From Candidatus Latescibacterota bacterium (GTDB lineage Bacteria > Latescibacterota > UBA2968), in assembly GCA_965208125.1 (NCBI GenBank), contig OZ242320.1:1120001-1184000 (forward strand): 64,000 nucleotides of DNA. The letters are read 5' to 3'. The translations under genes were made by a program, and so were the position numbers. A model generated the notes under the pieces. That model was not told the DNA's origin and did not search any database. It saw only the letters and a program-made list of their open reading frames with translations. Shown here one piece after another: positions 59,801-64,000 of this stretch. The first letter of the stretch is position 1; each line of letters starts with the position of its first letter.

Positions 59801-62700
59801 CTGATTTTAATATTATTCTCCGTATGTCGGCAAGAAATATCATCATCCCCGCGAAAATTCTTACACCCCCAGAAAGCCCCATAGCGACCAGTACGCTGAA
59901 CCATATCCGCGCCACACTTCGGGCAAACAGGCAACCATGAATCACAATCGGGATCGAGGCATAATTTGAAGCGACCAGTGCGCTGCATCGGATTGCCACA
60001 CGCTTGACATCCGCTCTCAGTATGATTGCACAACGGATAATTGCTACAACCGTAAAACGACTTATCCTGCACGGCAACAAGCGTACCCGTCTTGCACTTC
60101 ACACAGCGAATGCGCTCAAAAGACGCTTGTTCCAAACTGGTCTCAAAATCGTCCAGTGCCAGCGGATATTTATTCTTCAACAACTCGACCAAAAACTCAG
60201 ACGCATTCGTCATATCCCCAATCAAATACACGCGCTGTTTGGCGCGCGTCAGCGCGACATAAAACAAACGGCGCTCCTCCGAATATGGAAAAGGATCTAA
60301 CGCGGGCAACAGCGCCTCGAGCAAAGAATGAGAAGTCTTCTGCGAAGGAAAACCGTACTGACCGCGTTCAAGCCCCAGCACCACCACATAATCCGCTTCC
60401 AACCCCTTCGCACCGTGAACGGTATTGCACGCAATAGACAAAGTGGAAAACCGCTTCCTCAACATCATCATCTGCGTGTCATTGGGCAAGTTAAAACGAA
60501 ACCTGCTCAACAAATAAACCGAACTCCCCTCTTCCGCCCGCGCGGCGACATGCGCCAGCACACGATCCAGCCGATCGTCAAGATCCGCCTCTGAACCGCG
60601 ACGCTTCTTCTCACGCAACAGCGAAACCGCGGGATGATTGACCATCGCGTGTGTAGTCAACGACTTTTTAACCTGCGCCGGATTCTCAGTCACAAACAGG
60701 GATGCAACATCGCAAATACTATTATTGAACCGAAAAGTCTTATCCAGAACCGTAATTTTAGTAGCCCCAAATCTCTCTTCAAAATCCGTAGTAAACCGAA
60801 TATCGCTACCCGTAAAGCGATAAATCGACTGCCAATCATCCCCCACGCAAAACAGAGAACACACATCAACAGATTCTCTCAAAGTCTTAACCAAGCGCGC
60901 ACGCGGCTCGGATATATCCTGAAACTCATCCACCAGAATATATCGCCAGGGCGAAACAAAGCGACCACTTTGCACATACGCGATTGCCCTGCCAATCATA
61001 TCGTCAAAATCGATATGCCTGTTTTCTTTCAAAAACGCTTCATACTTCTCATAAATCGGCACCACAATTTTCAAAGCCTGCTGCTGAACCAAACTCAGGT
61101 CATCGCCCTGGACAATCTCCTTCCACAGTTGATCTGGACGGGGCAAATGGCTCTTATACCGCCTCAACAAATCCGCGAGCAACGGAGTCAAATCGCGAAT
61201 CGCCCCAAACTCCCTCAGCGTATCCAGCATCTCATCTGGCGAACGCGGATTAAATTGCACCCCAGCCTGTATTAATTTCTCCTGCAAACCCGTCAGCAAG
61301 CAACCTTCGGTATATTCGTAGTGAAAAGTCTCAATCAAGCGCGTCCCGTACTTCTCGTGAACTCCGCGCTTCCATGCCATCCCCGCGTGATACTTCTTCT
61401 TCTCCACATAAGGCGCTGTATTGCCATCGCGGTCTATACCCCAGTGCTCCAGATAAATACCGCAATCCGGAAGATAAAAATCGGGCTGATATTGCCGATA
61501 ATCCGTATCCCTCGTCTCATGCTCATAAGCGGCTTCGTATTTATACGTCACCCCCAGCATAAACAGACGATTGGCGATCCACAACTCACCCAGACCTTTT
61601 ACCGTCTCCCCTTGAAGCGTGCGAATCTCATTCGCAGAAATATATTCAAAGTACTCCCCCTGGGTTTTAAAATCAAAGGGATTGACCTCTTGATACCTGT
61701 AATACCCCAGATAATCCAGAACCCATTGTCTATAGGTAGGGATCTCAAGCAACGCCTCAAACCACTCATCGACATGCTTCTCCAGCAACGCGCCATCTGT
61801 AGCCAGAGGAGAAATCGAAGGCTGCGCCTTTTCGACCGAAGCAATAATATCCTTGCCCAACTTGTGAAACGTACTCGCAACAACGCCTTTTTTGTCCACG
61901 CGCTCATCCAGCCGCTCCTGCATCTCTTTTGCCGCCTTATTCGCAAAAGCCAGCATGAGAACCTCATCGGGCTGTGCCTGCCCGCTCTCAACCAAAAAAC
62001 CCGCGCGTCCCACCATCGCACTCGTCTTGCCAGTACCCGCACCAGCCAGCACCAGATTATTGTCCTCATCTATCACACAGGCATCGCGCTGGCTCTCGCT
62101 CAGCGGATTGCTCTCCACCCCATCAAAAAAGGTCGAAAACTGGTCCTTGAGGCGACTGACATATTGCGCGCGAAAAACTTCCACCTCTTGACCACCCCAG
62201 TGTGCCACCTCCTGCACCAGCGTGAAATCGGCATGGCGACCGCGATCCAAATACCCCACCGCCGGCACCTTGCGAAACTGGTCGAGCATTTCCTGTGCCA
62301 TCGCCCTGATCTTTAACCAGCGGGAACTGCGCAGATAACCCGCATCCAGCAATCTATTAATCTCCTCGGCACACCGCTGTACCTTTGACGCGAACTTTTG
62401 AGACTCCTCCAACCAATACCAGTAATCCTGCAACCAGTTGAAAAACCCATCCACCTCTGCTTTGCCCAACCCCTTCAACCGCTCCTCTCCGCGATCCGTC
62501 GGCAACGCCAGCTCAAAAAACAGCCTCCCGCGATATAATACATCTTCTCGCGTCAAATCTTCAGCGCATAAGGCAAAGCGTTTGCCCCCGGCCCTCTCCA
62601 AAATCAGACCATCAGATGAAATTAAAATCGTTGCCATCCTCGCGCCCAAAAGACGCATCACCCAATGCGGGGTAATACTTTTGTTTTTAAGTGTATTCAT
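59797..62700 (-). CDS. helD: DNA helicase IV-like UvrD/SF1 helicase with inserted nuclease-like domain and C-terminal topoisomerase-type Zn fingers
   Basis: LAGAGTGKT, VDEFQD, VGDDWQSIYRFTG, TFRF, KGLEAD and EERRLFYVALTRAK; insert YQPDFYL...YLEHWG; CxxC...FYGCSNYPLC and CPKCG...FWGC. Confidence 0.88.
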   Translation of the reverse strand: MNTLKNKSITPHWVMRLLGARMATILISSDGLILERAGGKRFALCAEDLTREDVLYRGRLFFELALPTDRGEERLKGLGKAEVDGFFNWLQDYWYWLEESQKFASKVQRCAEEINRLLDAGYLRSSRWLKIRAMAQEMLDQFRKVPAVGYLDRGRHADFTLVQEVAHWGGQEVEVFRAQYVSRLKDQFSTFFDGVESNPLSESQRDACVIDEDNNLVLAGAGTGKTSAMVGRAGFLVESGQAQPDEVLMLAFANKAAKEMQERLDERVDKKGVVASTFHKLGKDIIASVEKAQPSISPLATDGALLEKHVDEWFEALLEIPTYRQWVLDYLGYYRYQEVNPFDFKTQGEYFEYISANEIRTLQGETVKGLGELWIANRLFMLGVTYKYEAAYEHETRDTDYRQYQPDFYLPDCGIYLEHWGIDRDGNTAPYVEKKKYHAGMAWKRGVHEKYGTRLIETFHYEYTEGCLLTGLQEKLIQAGVQFNPRSPDEMLDTLREFGAIRDLTPLLADLLRRYKSHLPRPDQLWKEIVQGDDLSLVQQQALKIVVPIYEKYEAFLKENRHIDFDDMIGRAIAYVQSGRFVSPWRYILVDEFQDISEPRARLVKTLRESVDVCSLFCVGDDWQSIYRFTGSDIRFTTDFEERFGATKITVLDKTFRFNNSICDVASLFVTENPAQVKKSLTTHAMVNHPAVSLLREKKRRGSEADLDDRLDRVLAHVAARAEEGSSVYLLSRFRFNLPNDTQMMMLRKRFSTLSIACNTVHGAKGLEADYVVVLGLERGQYGFPSQKTSHSLLEALLPALDPFPYSEERRLFYVALTRAKQRVYLIGDMTNASEFLVELLKNKYPLALDDFETSLEQASFERIRCVKCKTGTLVAVQDKSFYGCSNYPLCNHTESGCQACGNPMQRTGRFKLCLDPDCDSWLPVCPKCGADMVQRTGRYGAFWGCKNFRGDDDISCRHTENNIKIR

Positions 62701-62756
62701 TCATCAATTCTCAAAAAAGAAAAGCCCCCTTGCTCAGGAGACTTTTCAGAAATAGC

Positions 62757-62831
62757 GGGCGACCACAAGGGGTCGCCCCTACAAATCGGATTCACAATAT
62801 CACCGTAGGGGACGGCCCCTGTGCCGTCCCG
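62757..62831. repeat. REP doublet (family A, BIME-like)
   Basis: GGGCGACCACAAGGGGTCGCCCCTAC, spacer, GTAGGGGACGGCCCCTGTGCCGTCCCG; near copy of 47753-47821. Confidence 0.88.
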
Positions 62832-62859
62832 CACCTACAGTCCAACCACCCCCTACCCC

Positions 62860-63471
62860 TCACTCACCTATCTCATCAAACCCATTCACAACCCGGCTGA
62901 TCAACCCGTATTCCACAGCTTCATCGGGACTCATCCAATAGTCTCGATCCGTATCTTCCTCAATCTTTTCAAGTGGCTGACCGGTCTCATCGGCATACAT
63001 CTCGTTAATCTTCTTCTTAATCTTCACGACCTCCTCAGCCGTACGCCGCACATCTTCCGCCACCCCTTGAAACCGCATCGAAGGCTGATGAATCATAAGG
63101 CGCGAATTTGGCAAAGCCAGCCGATCTGCCTTATCTGCCGCCATCATAATCACCGTCGCTGCACTGGCTGACAGCCCCGCACTGATAATCTTTACTCTGG
63201 GTCGGATAAACCGGATCATATCGTAAATCGCAAACCCATCGTACACACTACCGCCGGGCGAATTGATAAAAATTTTAATCGGTTCTTCCGAATCTTGATG
63301 ATCCAAAAACAGCAACTGCGCCGTCACCTTAGCCGTCAATTTGTGATCCACGGGATCGGAAATCAAAATCGTACGCGCATCTATCAGTCCCTTGTTCAAA
63401 ATACCGTTCTTCGACGCGCCGTCTTCCTCTTTATCCTCATCCTCGAGGATCACATCGTCCTCAAAAATCAT
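62860..63471 (-). CDS. clpP: ATP-dependent Clp protease proteolytic subunit
   Basis: QLLFL, FINSPGGSV, GLSASAA (Ser), MIHQP (His) and DTDRDYWMS (Asp); GGAGG RBS. Confidence 0.96.
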   Translation of the reverse strand: MIFEDDVILEDEDKEEDGASKNGILNKGLIDARTILISDPVDHKLTAKVTAQLLFLDHQDSEEPIKIFINSPGGSVYDGFAIYDMIRFIRPRVKIISAGLSASAATVIMMAADKADRLALPNSRLMIHQPSMRFQGVAEDVRRTAEEVVKIKKKINEMYADETGQPLEKIEEDTDRDYWMSPDEAVEYGLISRVVNGFDEIGE

Positions 63472-63513
63472 CCAATCCTCCAAAAAATAGAAACAACGAT
63501 AAATACGACCATC

Positions 63514-63657
63514 CTGGACGCCTGCTTAAGACATGCAGGCGTGACCCCGTATAAGCAATGACTCTATACGGCAAGCACTACGGGGCAGGCTCCCAAGCGA
63601 TTGTCATCGCGGCATATTTAAAGCATGTCCCGTAGGTTGTAATACGGGACCGCGATC
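63514..63657. repeat. Composite palindrome cluster (two family-B and two family-C elements, one nested)
   Basis: CTGGACGCCTGC..GCAGGCGTGAC; CCCCGTA...TACGGGGCAGGCT; GTCATCGCGGC...AG[CATGTCCCGTA..TACGGGA]CCGCGATC. Confidence 0.7.
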
Positions 63658-63698
63658 AAATTTATCCCATATCCCCATTTGAGTCAAGAGCCTTGCTA

Positions 63699-64000
63699 TT
63701 AATTTTTTATCTCCAAACGCCTATCCGCCTTCACCAACTTCACCTCTACACTCTTTCCGTCCTGACACGTAAACGCCACAACCGTCTGATCCTCGCGCTC
63801 CTCTACAATCTCCGCTAGATCATACATGCCATCCAAACGCCATACCCCTCGCACCGTCACCTCTACCTTCCGAGGCATACTCGGCTGATTAACAACCAGC
63901 GTACCATCCTGACGGTGCGGCGTTTGAATCTCCCAACGCCACCCAAAATCCGGATCAGCCACCGAAACCAATAAACCATCCTCCACTTCTCGGGACATCA
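63699..64000 (-). CDS. C-terminus of a chondroitinase ABC/PL8-like polysaccharide lyase (truncated by window edge)
   Basis: LLVSVADPD...VEVTVRGVW...TVVAFTCQDGKSVEV resembles chondroitin ABC lyase C-termini. Confidence 0.55.
   Translation of the reverse strand, partial: MSREVEDGLLVSVADPDFGWRWEIQTPHRQDGTLVVNQPSMPRKVEVTVRGVWRLDGMYDLAEIVEEREDQTVVAFTCQDGKSVEVKLVKADRRLEIKN

Noticed and set aside
63505-63660. Known ncRNA (6S, SRP, tmRNA or riboswitch)
   Set aside because: No diagnostic motifs recognised, and the hairpins are explained by repeat families seen elsewhere; Rfam was not run

Overview
Bacterial chromosomal window with about 55 CDS and no recognisable rRNA, tRNA, CRISPR array, transposase or integrase. 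The gene content suggests a sponge-associated Latescibacterota/Gemmatimonadota-like symbiont (inference): dockerin/EF-hand-tagged LRR proteins, two PhyH dioxygenases, sulfatase, sialidase, GH95 fucosidase, a PL8-like lyase and many TA modules. Housekeeping genes are ackA, class I fumarase, moaB, surE, cca, murA (Asp-type), rlmN, larC, helD and clpP. They are interspersed with catabolic operons, a complete family-5 ABC importer, a two-component system and compositionally distinct islands (about 1.7-6.6 kb, 35.0-39.6 kb and 51.8-54.4 kb). Most notable: (1) an amidohydrolase-fold protein plus Rieske ferredoxin, resembling dinuclear oxygenases, heading an M81/SurE/aldolase operon; (2) a branched-chain polyamine synthase coupled to a DUF2156 transferase; (3) a secreted beta-propeller fused to an esterase that lacks its catalytic Ser and His; (4) two LRR proteins with N-terminal dockerin-like tags and DNA-level repeat duplication; (5) antitoxin-type genes kept while the partner survives only as a stub or is missing; (6) several families of small palindromic repeats, including a nested insertion and a MITE-like element. 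All calls come from motif recognition by eye; no searches were run.
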